From Perna viridis (Eukaryota): a stretch of DNA of 64,000 bases. This document shows, in pieces, positions 40,076-53,387 of the stretch. The notes under the pieces were generated by a model. The model did no database searches, had not been told where the DNA came from, and saw only the letters and a program-made list of their open reading frames with translations. Position 1 is the stretch's first letter. Each line of letters starts with the position of its first letter. The stretch lies in assembly GCA_037379345.1 (NCBI GenBank), contig CM074511.1:59464862-59528861 (forward strand), in the 5' to 3' direction. The position numbers and the translations under genes were made by a program.

Positions 40076-40364
40076 AAGTTTATTTCAAGTACTTATCTTT
40101 GGTGTAAAATAAACTACGATTGAAGGTTGACTTCTATTGCATTTGATTAATTAATATGGTGCATTTTATTAAACTTGTCTTTAAAGATGACGATATCAAC
40201 TTAAATTTGATCCTTTAATCATATAATTCACATTTTAAAAATAAGAATGGGTATGCGCTTTTCTTTTTTTTAATTTGTGTATGTGTGTGGTGTCATGTGT
40301 GCTCTGATGGGGCGTGTGTAATTCTGAACTTACCAACGCATGTTCCGACATTGAGTAAATTGCC

Positions 40365-40400
<36 letters not shown>
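40365..40400. repeat. (AAT)n microsatellite
   Basis: Direct reading, 12 units. Confidence 0.95.
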
Positions 40401-40413
40401 TGTCAGTAACTTT

Positions 40414-41004
40414 TATTGCAGGCCAAAGTGGACAAAAATGAGTGTTTTCTAATATTAAAAAAATATTTTGTAATTACAAATTCATCTTTTAATATAACAA
40501 ATTTGATATCTAATATTACAAAACCTTTTTTTAATATTGAAAAATCATTTTTTAATATAAAAAATTCAATTGAATTTCTTATATTAAAAAAAATGATTTT
40601 TTAATATAAAAAATTCAATTGAATTTCTAATATTAAAAAAAAAAACGATTTTTTAATATCAGAAATTGATTTTCCAATATTAGAAAAAGGATTTGTTATA
40701 TTATATTACAATTTTCAATATTACAAAATCATTTTGTAATATTAAAAAAATGTGACTGATTTTGCAATATTGCGAAGTGATTTTTTAATATCACAAATTC
40801 ATTTTCTAATATTGCAAATTCAATTTGTAATATTACAAAATGTGTGATATTTTATAATATTACTAAATCAGGAATTTGTGACATTAATGAATTTTAAATA
40901 TTACGAAATGAATTTCTAATATTAAAAAAAATGATTTTTTAATATTAAAAAATTATTTTCTAATATTACAAAATATTGATTTTTGTCCACTTTGGCACGC
41001 CATA
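40414..41004. mobile_element. Non-autonomous DNA transposon (MITE), IS3EU-like
   Basis: TIRs tattgcagGCCAAAGTGGACAAAAAT ... ATTTTTGTCCACTTTGGCacgccata. A 6-bp TSD AACTTT lies at 40408-40413 and 41005-41010. The interior is built of ~21-bp AT-rich quasi-palindromic subrepeats (ttttTAATATTAcaaaa). Confidence 0.85.
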
Positions 41005-42577
41005 AACTTTGTACAACTTCCTAGTGACATCCTATAGACTGTCTTCAATTAAATCTTCAACTGGCTAATGGTTATTTTGGTTTAGACATTTTTAAACAGT
41101 TCAATTGTTAATAATTTTGTATTTCACCTTTGGATTTATAATGATATGTTCATAGCTAACTTAAACACATCTCTGTAACAGAGGAATTTAAGGTTAATCG
41201 ATTCTTACTTAGCAGGTACTGGTTGAGTTTCACAGCATTGCGATTCAAAGTTCAATATAAAATCACACTAATTTCACAATAATTGACACACTACCTAAAA
41301 CGACGACGCATTGTATTACACTTCGTCATGGTATTGGGGGAATGGCATTGCTATTTATATTTTGTTAGCTGTTGATGGTGTATATATTACAGTGTAATTG
41401 ATGTAATAGGTGATACGTAAATAGATAAATATCTGTGTAGTATTCTATTTGCGTTGTAAGAAACTGCAAAGCGTGCACATAATGTTACATTACGTCAGAA
41501 CCTACATTTTTGAGTGCACAGAGAGCAGCCGTTGATACTGTTTGATAATTGTTACCTTTTTTGTTTCGGTTGCGTCTTTCGTCATAATTTAGTCAAAAGA
41601 AGATGAAGTAATGAAATATTCTGTTTTTTTTTATCTAACCATAAAAAATGATGTGATGTATATAATTGAATAACGTAGCAATATGGAATGATAGCATATG
41701 ATCAATCTTATTACTTTTTTATTACTCAATCTTCTGACACACAGATGAAACATCTGGTATAACCAGTATGTCTTTTTAGAAATAATTTCTTTTAAAAGCA
41801 ACTCAGCAGGAAAAAGATGAGAGAACCATATTGCCATTAATCAGACGTATGCTTTATGTGGGAAAATATAAAACATTTACAACCGCATAATTATACATAT
41901 ACGGATTAAATTGCGTGTGTCATAATAGAACGGGCGCAGCTATTAGACTAAGTAATAAGTGATATGTTTATGCATAATTCATTCTTGTCAGACACAAGAA
42001 ACAACATGCGTTTAGTAACCATGCATTTTCGAATTCATTTGAGCTTTTCACATCATTTGCTTAAAATGCGTTCTAAACTGTTCACAAATATATACAATAT
42101 ATCACAAATTACTGTGTACTTTTTTCATACAAAATATATAAACAGTACATAAATGTCAAATATCACTTTGAAATTACAACTGTATGGAATCCGTGTTTAG
42201 AGTACTTTGAAAGATATTTCACTTTGTATGTAGTTCAGTAGAAATGCATGTGCAAATTCTGTATTCTTTTGTATTGAATCTTTGTACCGATTTTGATATT
42301 GAAAATTATATCACAGGTGATCGAATATATCATATTTGTTGTAAATGTAATCATTTGCAAATGGATATTTAGTGATATGTCGTTTTGTTTTGTTTTGTTT
42401 TGTTAATTTTGTTTTTGTTTTTGTTTTTTTTTGTTTTTTGTTTTTTTTATTATTATCAGAAAATGTAAAAGACAACATTTCCCCCTATATATTAAAAAAA
42501 AACAAAAAAAAACATTACATAAGTATGTTTTGTGTATTGATATGTTAAAGAAATTTTAGCCAACGAAAGGATCACAG

Positions 42578-42618
<41 letters not shown>

Positions 42619-43562
42619 TTAACCAATTTACATTGGATGTATTTTAGTGTTCGGTGTATAATGTTTAACGGCGAAAATAAATGCCATTTTGAGTCACATT
42701 TGATTTGTTTCACATAGATGCAGTTTTACTGAAATTATTGGAAAATTAACACATTTGTTGTTCATGAACCTAAACGTCATCTTCACATTCAAACAATTCT
42801 AATATTGAATCTGTCTATGCTATTAGTAGCTGTTTCATTTATTTCTAAAATGTCAGAAGTTACACTAGCAATATTCCGAGTTCGTTAGATCTATTGGCGT
42901 TCCTTCATACATTTTGATTGATTTTCTTAAAATCCTCCACAGATGAAGAGTTGCTTAATATGAAAATCATGCAACAAATATATCAACATATCTACATTAC
43001 AAGGAAGATCAAACACCTGAAACAAATCGGACCGTAATAAATACCATGACGCTGTTATTCACTTGATCAACACCCAGACGTTTTTCTACGCAAACAGATA
43101 TTGCATCATTAATAGAAAAACCATGTGTGCTACTTTTTAAAAAATAGTGACTAAGGCCTTTTACTTTCAGATTTAAAATCGAACAATGGTTACGTATGTG
43201 CTGAATCAGGATATATTCCGTAGGGTAAACCCCATCGGTTAAAGTTTATCTTTGCGCCGTTCTAGGTATTTAAATCGAAATTGAATCAATGCCTATCATA
43301 TCTGTCTTTTTCTCCAATCACCCACACAAGCTTCTTCCGATATACTTAAATTGCAACCATAGTACAATGGTGGTTGTGTATGCTTGTCTAAATATATGTA
43401 CGTCTACAAATTAAACACAAAGCTTAATATGGAATTTAATAAATTATACTTGTTAATTTGCAAATTAAACTTAACCTCAGGTGATGTAATACACATATAT
43501 ATATTGTAATTAATTTCATCTTGATTAATTACTGGCTAACATGATAATTACAAAAGTTAACC

Positions 43563-43569
43563 TATAAAA
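43563..43569 (+). promoter_or_regulatory. Possible TATA box of the CAP-ShK gene
   Basis: ccTATAAAAc ~230 bp upstream of the ATG. The AT-rich background makes this weak. Confidence 0.25.
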
Positions 43570-43795
43570 CAGTCATGCACCAATTTTTCACCATGGACTT
43601 CAACGTTTTCCTTCTCTACTTCTAATAATAAAGACAGTAATTCATTCAATTTCTATGATGTAATAAGGAATCTAATAATGATCTAGGTCCAGTGAGTGAG
43701 AAAGTTTAAAACGTGACATACAATTCGTGAATAGAATACAAAATAATCAACAGCCGTCCATCACTCCGGAAGTAAACCTTTGGAACGGGTCGGAA

Positions 43796-46700
43796 ATGAA
43801 ATTAATAAATGTATGGACTAAAGTATGGACGGTGTTTGGACTATGGAACATCGCTCCGACCCTGGGCCAAGGACCCATGACAATGGGTGGTATTGGAGGG
43901 GCATCTCCATCAAGAGGAGGGAAAATGACTCAAAAGTTTATTAACACAATTTTGAAATTACATAATGACTACAGGAGAACTGAAGGTGCTTCCAACATGA
44001 AAAAATTGGTACGTTTTTTTTTATGTTTATTTACTATCAAATTTGTAATTACACTTATAATTTGTTTAGTTTCACACTTGCATTGTAAGAATCAACCGCT
44101 TAGTTTTCTTTAAAATTAAAAGAAATATTTTTCCTCAACTTAAACATCCACCAATCAGAAAAGACTATTTCCAATATGGCGACTACCGTCGATATTTTTC
44201 CCTTTTTTTTGTTTTTTTTTTTTTTTGTTAATTTTTTTTGGGGGCGGGTCTTTATATTTATTACCGTTTTTTTTTATATTTGCTTATCATTGTCATTTTA
44301 AATTGTGTCATTATCATAATTATCTGCAATCATTATCATTATTAAATGTTTGACAAAACATTACATTGATTGTATTACATGATTTATTAGAACTATGGTT
44401 GTTTGTTTCACCCATTTTTCATTCTTACCTTATTCTATGTATTAAAGTCTATCTAAAGCAATTCCAAACCTGATCATTTATTTAACCATCTCGCTTTTTA
44501 AATGAACTATGGTTTTACCAATTAATATTGTCTGTTGAATGAAATGACCACCCTTAGTCCTCATATATACTATTTTTTTAAAGAATACAGTTTTTACAAA
44601 TACAAATATTTCACCTTCATTTATCTATTATCAACTTGTTTATTCGTGGCAGAGATGGAGTCGAGCGTTACAAAGAGATGCCCAACTATGGGCCAACAAA
44701 TGTAGGTATACACATGCCTATGGAAAATGGGGAGAAAACTTGTTTAAGGCCGAATCGCCACTTCCTGATGATGTCCTCATAGAAAGAGCAGTCAACGAAT
44801 GGTATTATGAGAAAATGTCTTGGAAATTTACCCCAGACTGTAATGAAGCTTGTCACTATACACAGGTATGTCATACATGTACAAATAGAACATATTACTT
44901 TATATATCATGGTAATTATGTACCTGCATTTATAGTTAAGATATGTGGTTTCCATGTGCATGTCAAGTTAGACAATTAAATCGTGTCTCATCTGTACAAT
45001 ATAAATAAAATCACGAAGTGGTTACTGTATTGATATCCGTTATGTTTCCCTGAGAAGTACTTTACTGCTTCAAACGTTTTATTATATAATTGGTTCTTTT
45101 CCTCACCTTTTTAAAGAAAACACAAGTAAGTCATCTCAATGCGTAGTTTTGTTTGGAAAATTGAAATAATACAAACAATGAAATTAAATGACAAGCTCCT
45201 TTAGTTAAAATGTTCCTATCATGGCTAAGATGTTTACTTGATTCCGATTCTGAGGGTGCCGAGGATTAGAGTAGATCAAATCAACCATGTACATGACTAG
45301 AAATTCTAATTTCTGAGGATTCTTTAAGAAGACTGTGGTCATGAAAGTTTAATTTGCTAATAAACGGTCAGTTCATCTTCAGGGTTAATTGACAATTATT
45401 TAATTTCAGACGTAACAAGGATTCTGATGGGATCAAAAATTTCGTTTATCATCTCATAGACCAAATTTTGCAATGACTGTGATGTCATCAAACATTTTTA
45501 ATGATTTACTGGTTGAATTTTGATACTTGAATTAAGTTGCAAGTATAAGGAATGACTGTTTCGGTCTATTTGAAATAATCTCTATATCCGTGGTGCACAC
45601 TTTACAATAACGTGCTAAGCAGGTTATTCAGTGTGCCCCACGTGATTGAGGTAATTTCTTCATAGACCGAAAAAATATATGTCATTCCTTTAATGTATAA
45701 TGAGCAGTACAATTTCAATTTTAACCTTACGACTAGAACCTTCATATCCATGTAAGTGACCCCGACCTTTTAAACACATGCTTACATAATCAGGTCATAG
45801 CATGACAAGCTTGAAATAATACGAAAACATGGGAATATTTTGTTTACATTTTGCCCTTCTCGTTTACGTTCTAAATTTTATATTATATATGTTTATGGTT
45901 CGATACTTTCGGAACATACTTATGCGTTTTTCTATTAATTTTACAATAAGATATGCAAAATGTCATTGTAAATTAATATTATGCTTATTGTTATGACCAT
46001 ACTGTCTTGAAGCTTTACACTCAATTCAACGTAAAGACTCTGCACAATATTAACTTTTAACACCATATTCGTCTTCATTATAATTGTACAAAATTAATTT
46101 TAATCAACTGGGCAAAAATAAACCTTAGAATGTAGGTATGATTAAAAAAAAAGGTCATTCATCTAAGTGTTATACGACTCAAATATGATGTTTAAATAGA
46201 GTAAACTATGTCGTTATTATATTAAATTTACAAAAAAAGAATTATCAATGAAATCAAATTCTTAAATCTCATCTAATTTTGACTTGTCACCAAGCAGTAT
46301 CAGATTAATTATGTCAAGATATGAAATTAGATATAGAAATTACCGGACTCGGGAGTATTGAACTGATCCAAAATAAATTAAATTAAATGTACATTTTGAC
46401 ATTAAGCACCACAGCAATTTAACTTTTCAAACTTTGGTAATTGTATTGTTACCATAGAAATTTCTTTTTTGGGGGGTTTTATGACTTTGGTTAGCTTTAA
46501 AGCTATTTGAGAGTGTTGGAAATTATATCATCAGCACAAGAACATAACGTAGTCAAAACAGTTATAAATAACTCATTATCAATTCAATAAATGCTCAGTC
46601 AAGATACATGGTAAATTAACTCAAACTCGGTATTCCTAATTCTTTTGAAAAAACTTTTTAAAGTAATTGTGAATAGTATCTTTAAAATAACATAATTGTT

Positions 46701-49700
46701 AGTCATTCGTTTTTTTTCTACAAATCATTCTGTATACCTGAAAGCTTTCCGTTCCATTTTTTAAGTAGCATTTTTTCACTTTTATTTAACTTAATCACAT
46801 GAATCAGGTTGTCTGGGCAGAGTCAGAAGAAATAGGATGTGCTTATAAGCGCTGCACAACTCTGATGTTAATGGAGGAATTTGTAATGAATGGTTGGATG
46901 CTAGTTTGTTACTATAACACCCAGTAAGTTCTTCACAATATATATGTATTATAATATTTGTATCAATCATTAACAGGTCTAAGACTCTTGTAAAAATGCC
47001 TTTTGTAGCCGCAAGTTTCATCAAAAAGATGATACTTATAGTTCCTTAAAGGTAATGAAGGGCTTGCACAATCAAATAATTACCTTTCATACCCCCCTCG
47101 TAGTACCGATTAAAGAAAATATATGGTAGAGCGAATACGTATTAAATTTTCTTGAAGTTCAAGCATCGAGATTACGTCTTACTTTTCTTATAAGTTACTA
47201 CAATCAGAGTCAATGAATAATGTTTTGACATAGAGTTCAATGCTTACAAAATATACTCGCAACACATTATAATCGAATATAGTAAAACCAACTATATTGT
47301 ATTTTTATATTTCCAGAGGAAATATCATAGGCAAGATGCCATACTCTGTAGGGAAGGCTTGTTCAGCTTGTAAACCCGGCTACAAATGTGACCGTGGACT
47401 TTGTGATAGTAAGTATCCGTAAAAAAAAACACTTTCATGCAATCATAAAGTAGGTCTTTTTAGAATGATGTAAATGGAATGAAATTGAAAAAAAAAAAAC
47501 CAAAATTGTTGTCTTTTCATTTCAATTACATGCCGTAACAACATTTATGTTTTTAAACTTTCACAATGAAATGCTACAATGAAAATTGAAAAGTTGTGAC
47601 AACAATGGCTGCATGTTCACTTATACTCATTCTTCCATCTGATTAATTCAATCAATGACGAGACACAAATTAATATGGTATGTCCCTACCTTACAGAACA
47701 ACGTACTGTTCACAAGTACCTACCACAACATAACCAACAGAAACCAAAACCCGTGTTCCGTAAGTACCTGCTCACCATTTATTTCTATAATTGACCTTAA
47801 TGTTTGAAATCGTTGTGTTTTAATGCTCACATTCAATAATTATTGGCGATTTTAAACTAAATGCTTCTCTATAGTTGTATGTATACATAAACCGACAATG
47901 ATATTTCAAATTCTGTTCTATTCTTTAAGCAATAAAATAATTCGTTTAAATCAGATCAAAATCAAACAATATTTCAAAAGCACTACCCCAAAGCACTACC
48001 CCAAAGTTGTTCATTCTTAAATAAATACTTTGTTAATACATTGAAAGTGCTTCAAAATATACTAACAGTATCTGAACCATTAGAAGGCAAGCAGTAATGA
48101 ATAACTGAAATATCTTTCAGAAAATCGTCAATTTGTGACCATATCTAGTATTTGTTTAACCAAGGAATAAGCACGTGACTTATAATCATGTTTTAAGCAA
48201 TCATTCACAACAAAGCGTTTTAGCGATTAATGACTTCAAATGAGGTCCATATATTATTTGTAATTATATTATATATGTATTCTTCAGAGATATAGCAAAG
48301 AATATTTCTAGTTTCAAAGACTAAAATTGCGAAAAAAAAAATATGTTCGTGAAATTAAATCGGAAAGTAATACGGGTTGTCTCTTTCCTTGTGTAGAAAG
48401 TAGTACCGACCTAAAACGGATCTATTGCTGTTATATATAGCTCATGCTTACATATTAGTGCATTGTTAATAAAATAAAACTGCTTTATATGTTGTCGAAT
48501 AATAATGATTGTCAAGTTCTCCACCTCCAATTATATTACTACTCAAAAGTATGTTTATGAAAGACCCCACAAATAACAATTTAAATTTAAAAAAAAATAT
48601 GAAAGAATAACAAAAACAAAAGCAAAAGAGAAGAGTATGTTTACGTTCCTAAACTTCTACATATTTTGCAAGTAAAGTAGATTTTTTGGTTTCACCAGAT
48701 CTCAAATGACATACCAAAATTTTTTCAGTCTATTTTTGAGATATCTTTAGCACATACTAATGTAATATGCTACATTATTTGATACTCTCCAATGAAAAAA
48801 ATCAGTTTCCCTATGACGCATTTACAAACTAAAACAATCTATGAGAGCAGGGTTATTTTTGTTTAGACATGACATTCGTGTTATGTTTATCTTTTCTGTT
48901 ACATTATATTTGTGTAACAATGTGTGTTGTAGGTGCACCACCAGCGTTTCAGCAACCTCCGCCTCGCCATGCTCCACCGCCACGTCATGCCCCGCCGCCT
49001 CGCCATGGCCCGCCTTCAAGACATCCACCGCCTCCACACCAACCAAACCAACCACCCCCACCACGTCAACAACACCCACAACCACTTCCTCCCCAGCAGC
49101 CTCCACGGTTCAGGGCCTCGGCACCACAACCACCACCCCGACCTAATTCATCACTTCGTCCTCAATATCCTCCACAACACGGACAACCGGCACCATACCG
49201 TCCTCAACAACTAGCTAATCAACCTGCCAGACCACCATCTGGTAAGTTAAACGCAGAATTGTCTAACCTCTTTCAATGGTCAACTATTTTTTGACATTAC
49301 TAGTCTTTTAACATTTCCACTGTTGACATATATCTTCGTTCATACATTTAACACCTCTGATAAAAAGCAGATAACAGAGAATATTCTTGTTACTTGTTTT
49401 TTTTATGTCTCCTGATTTCCCCTGGTCTGTGTCCCTTGTCCATCGAATTTCCCAGTCTGGCTTTTTTCCGTTATTGTCCTTTGTTTTACTTTCAATTTAC
49501 CCTTTACTGTGATGTTAGGTTTAATATAAAACATTGTCTATGCAGTCTTGTTACACAAGCTTCTGTTATTCTAACCAACGCGTATATAGTTAATACGAGT
49601 TAGGTACAACCTACAACCGAGCATCGCATTTATATATTTTTCTTCGGTTTGTTACGTTATTGAAAACGGGGCGAGATAGGCTAGGAATACGGTTGTCCAT

Positions 49701-52700
49701 TTAAAAAAAAATCAGCGTACCGGATCAAGATACTGTAAATAATTCTTTCTTTATTTATATAATTATCTATTAATTGCATATTTTAATTTTTAAACCAATG
49801 TAAAGACTACTATCACTTTGAATGCACTGTCTAAAACCTAGTCCGGTTTGACTGAATGTCTATCATTAGCCTCGCATGCGTTGCTCGGTATAAGAGCATG
49901 TGATATAATGTGTTTATGCATGATTAGTGTTGTTTAGTAAGTAGTATAGTTAATTTTGCTTTAAGCGTGACTTTGCAAATATTGCTTCTTTTAACAATTT
50001 CGATACTTAACATTGACTTCTATCTTATGAAGTTCTCTTTCTAATCTAAGTTTGATTTACTTTACTAACATTTGACTACTGATCCTCTAAGTGGTATTTC
50101 GGTCCTTAATACTTATCTATATTTTACCACCCTTTGAAGGAAGTCCTCCAACAAATAGACCTAAACCTGAACCGAAACCTCAACCAAAACCCCAAGAGCC
50201 ACAAATGCAGTATATTTCCGGCAAGGTTTTGTCAGGTATGGATAAGTTTAAAGATTAACTTTTCATAATAAAACCTATAAGTTATAGAAGTTAACTATTA
50301 AATGCATGTCTTAGTATTTAGTTACAGCTTCCTAGTTTCATGTAGACTTTATATGCTTGATACATAGATGGTTTATATGTGTCACAGTTCATACTGAACA
50401 AATTTAGAGAAGTACAGAAACTGCATTCTTTCTTCGCTGTAACACTTATACTAGTTACATTGTTGGTAGTTTTAAGAGAGTTGATATATACTTTTTTTTT
50501 ATTATTTGAAGGTTGGATTCCAGCACAAACATCAAAAGCTACACCTGCTCCAACGAACGCCACCTTTCAGCAGCCACAAGGTTATCTTTCTAGAACTACT
50601 TAATATCTTACAAAAATAGCCATAATTAAACTGTATGTCATTCTGATACTGCTGTATTATGAATGTTTTTTGAAAAAGTAACAATATGTCTTATAATGTG
50701 TGTATCGTAAAGTGGTCTTTATCCCCGTGATATCTGTAAGTTCGAGTTCAAGTTATAACAATTTCATTTGCAAAATATTTATTTACGCTGCAACACTCAT
50801 TTAGCAAAACAGTGTAAAAATCTTCTACACGTAAAATGTCGATCGAGTTTTTTTGGGTAATCTCCCCTTAGCCACTTATATAAAGTTGTAAAATGTGTAT
50901 ATATACAGAATCACATCAGAAAGTTTGAGATTCTCATACATGTAAATGCCTTAATATTACTATTTTCATTCATCTTTTAAATAGCATAAGGCCAAAGTAG
51001 ATTTGTGAAGCAGGCAAAAGTCAGTATTATAATTTTTTATTGAGAACAAAATACCATTCAAACAAAAATTCGGTCTAAAGATTCGAAGTACTGAAACGGC
51101 TCCTATCAATTAAACTAATTACGGGGACTATAATATAGTGTTGTACTAAATAGTTAAATCCACAAAACCGATTTGTATCAAGATCTATGTTCATCTCATG
51201 TTTTAGTTCAATATCAACATCAAGTTCCTCTGAAACAACAACCATATCAGCATTCTAACCAAGCCCAACCACAAAGACAACAGTATCAGTCATCGCAACA
51301 ACCATACCAAGGTCAAAGACAACAACAACCCCAATATCCACAGCAGCAACCAGCATACCGACAACCGGCACCCCAACAACATCGTCAACCTCAGTATCAA
51401 CAACCACAACAACCACCTGTAGCACGACAACAACCTAATCAACCACAACACCAACAACATGCACGTCCGCAATCTACCAGGCATTCCCCATATCAACAAC
51501 CATATCAGCAGCCACATCCTCAATACAATGCCCAACCAGCACCCGCCCAACAACCACAATACCCACCTGGTAATATATTTTTCTGTTTTTCAAATGATGA
51601 ATAGTTTGTCTTGCTGTACTAGAGTAACTTAAAGAACGTAATTAATAATATACAGTTAAGATTTCAAAAAAGTGTCTTTGATAAACAGGAAATTGACATT
51701 TTGGAATAAAAAAAAGTTTTGTCAGTGAGTAAATATACTTTTAATTGTATATGTTATTCTACAGCCCAACCACATAACCCTTATCCAGACCAACCATCGC
51801 ATCAACCAGCTCCATATGTTGGTAAGTGCAAATGCATAATTATTTCTTTCCATTTCAAGAAAATTAAATTATGTATTTCGTATTGAATACAAATTTAACT
51901 ACATATCAGTGTAAGAACCAGGTGACGAAACCCTAAATTTCTCTGCATTTAACACACATAAAAAACGCTTTTGATATAAAAAAAATAGTGTTGAGATCGC
52001 GCGGTGAAGAGAAATATGTACACGAAAAACTAATAACAGACTCAATTTTTCATTTAATTTCAACCAATTTTTAAAGGATTGAATATTTCTTTGCCATAAC
52101 TGATCTGTACCATAAAGTGTATCGACATTAATACATTGAAAATAAAATAAATATTTATTTGAACATTAATTAAACTTTCGTATTTTAAATCATCCGCTCC
52201 TATATTTCTTGCTGAAAGTAATAATACTTTCTTTGCAGAAGCGACTCTACATAGATTGTGAATATGACTTCAAAGAGAGTTTACACTGCTTGTGCATCAA
52301 ACCATTCTTCCACTTATATATTTTTTGTTTTTTTTTTTGTTTTTTGTTTTGTTCTTTTGTTTGCCTTTTAATTAAATTATGGTATTTGGGTTTCGATTTG
52401 ACCGTGGTTACCTTTGATTTTGCTGCCAGATTTAGGAAATTAACAAAACTTGTTTTATTTCAGATCCCCGTCCGATCTATGTACCCCCAGCACCGGCTGC
52501 TCCTTCATCTCCCACAACAACTATCCCACCGCCGCCACCACCAACATGCTTGGATGGAGATAAACATTGTAAACATTGGGGTGTTCATTGTAAAACTAAC
52601 CCTTATGTACACACAAACTGTCGATTAACATGCAATACTTGTGACATACCAACACCACCAGGTTAGAAGTTCAAATAACATATAAAAATTAATTCAATTC

Positions 52701-53387
52701 TAATTTTTTTTCAGTTCGGTTAATGATTCGTTGCACAGTACGAATGTCAAGTTACCTTTTCGTTTGGTTAGAATGAAATGTATTTTTATATTAACAATGT
52801 CAATGAAATATACTTAATATGTAGATACATTGTATGTTAACGTAAAAAAGCAACTTCTTTTAGTGTAACTTCAAGTACAATTCCTCGACTTTTTAAGAAA
52901 GGATTACATATTTTTTTTTTATTTTAGAAACATATTTATTAAAACGTATGAAATCTCCCTTGTAGTGCATGCAAAACCCATTCAAACTACTCAAAAGTCG
53001 AAAGCAGAACCAACGATTATACCATCAAGACCCCCTTCACCATCACCCGGCAGAGATCACTTCCATCAACCAAAACCGCAACATAGACCACAGCCAAAAC
53101 CCCGACGTCCACCACCTCAGCCACAATATAATCATTACGCGACGACAACAGCAGCATACTACCCAACTACGACAGGCTATAATAATCAAGCCCCGACAAC
53201 TCAAACCCCGTACAATGCTCCGGGACAGGGTACCAGTGCCGCAGCGAGTTCAGTAGCAAGTGTTGGTCCTCATGTAGGATTCTGTAGAGACTTCGACAAT
53301 CGTTGTAAAGAATGGGCTAAATATTGTGGAATGGACGAATATGTCGACGATATGTGTCGATTAACATGTATGAGATGCAAAAAATAG
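43796..53387 (+). CDS. Probably secreted CAP/SCP (CRISP/PI16-like) protein with Pro/Gln-rich region and two ShK domains, ~736 aa, 12 exons
   Basis: Exons 43796-44008, 44653-44865, 46808-46923, 47317-47408, 47697-47759, 48933-49241, 50140-50235, 50512-50580, 51207-51569, 51765-51821, 52464-52661 and 52966-53387 are all GT-AG and frame-consistent (2211 nt). CAP motifs: LHNDYRR, ASNMKKLRW, WANKC, GENL, EWYYE, HYTQVVWA, IGCA, LVCYY, GNI..KMPY..G.ACS.C....C..GLC. Confidence 0.9.
45547..45690. mobile_element. Small palindromic MITE-like element in CAP intron 2
   Basis: Nested inverted arms AAGGAATGAC/GTCATTCCTT, TTTCGGTCTAT/ATAGACCGAAA, cgtggtgcacact/agtgtgccccacg and aataac/gttatt. Confidence 0.7.
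52547..52642 (+). other. ShK toxin-like domain 1 (not visible in the ORF track frame)
   Basis: CLDGDKHCKHWGVHCKTNPYVHTNCRLTCNTC follows the C.D...C..W...C........C..TC..C pattern. Confidence 0.9.
53283..53378 (+). other. ShK toxin-like domain 2 (C-terminal)
   Basis: CRDFDNRCKEWAKYCGMDEYVDDMCRLTCMRC, then KK and stop. ATTAAA at ~53412. Confidence 0.9.

Noticed and set aside
48822-49214. Thr-rich, His-rich and Val-rich overlapping ORFs
   Set aside because: Alternative frames of the Pro-rich exon. Only the Pro-rich frame fits the splice phases.
52209-52628. 139-aa ORF with a hydrophobic stretch
   Set aside because: It begins in T-rich intron and overlaps the ShK1 exon in the wrong frame.
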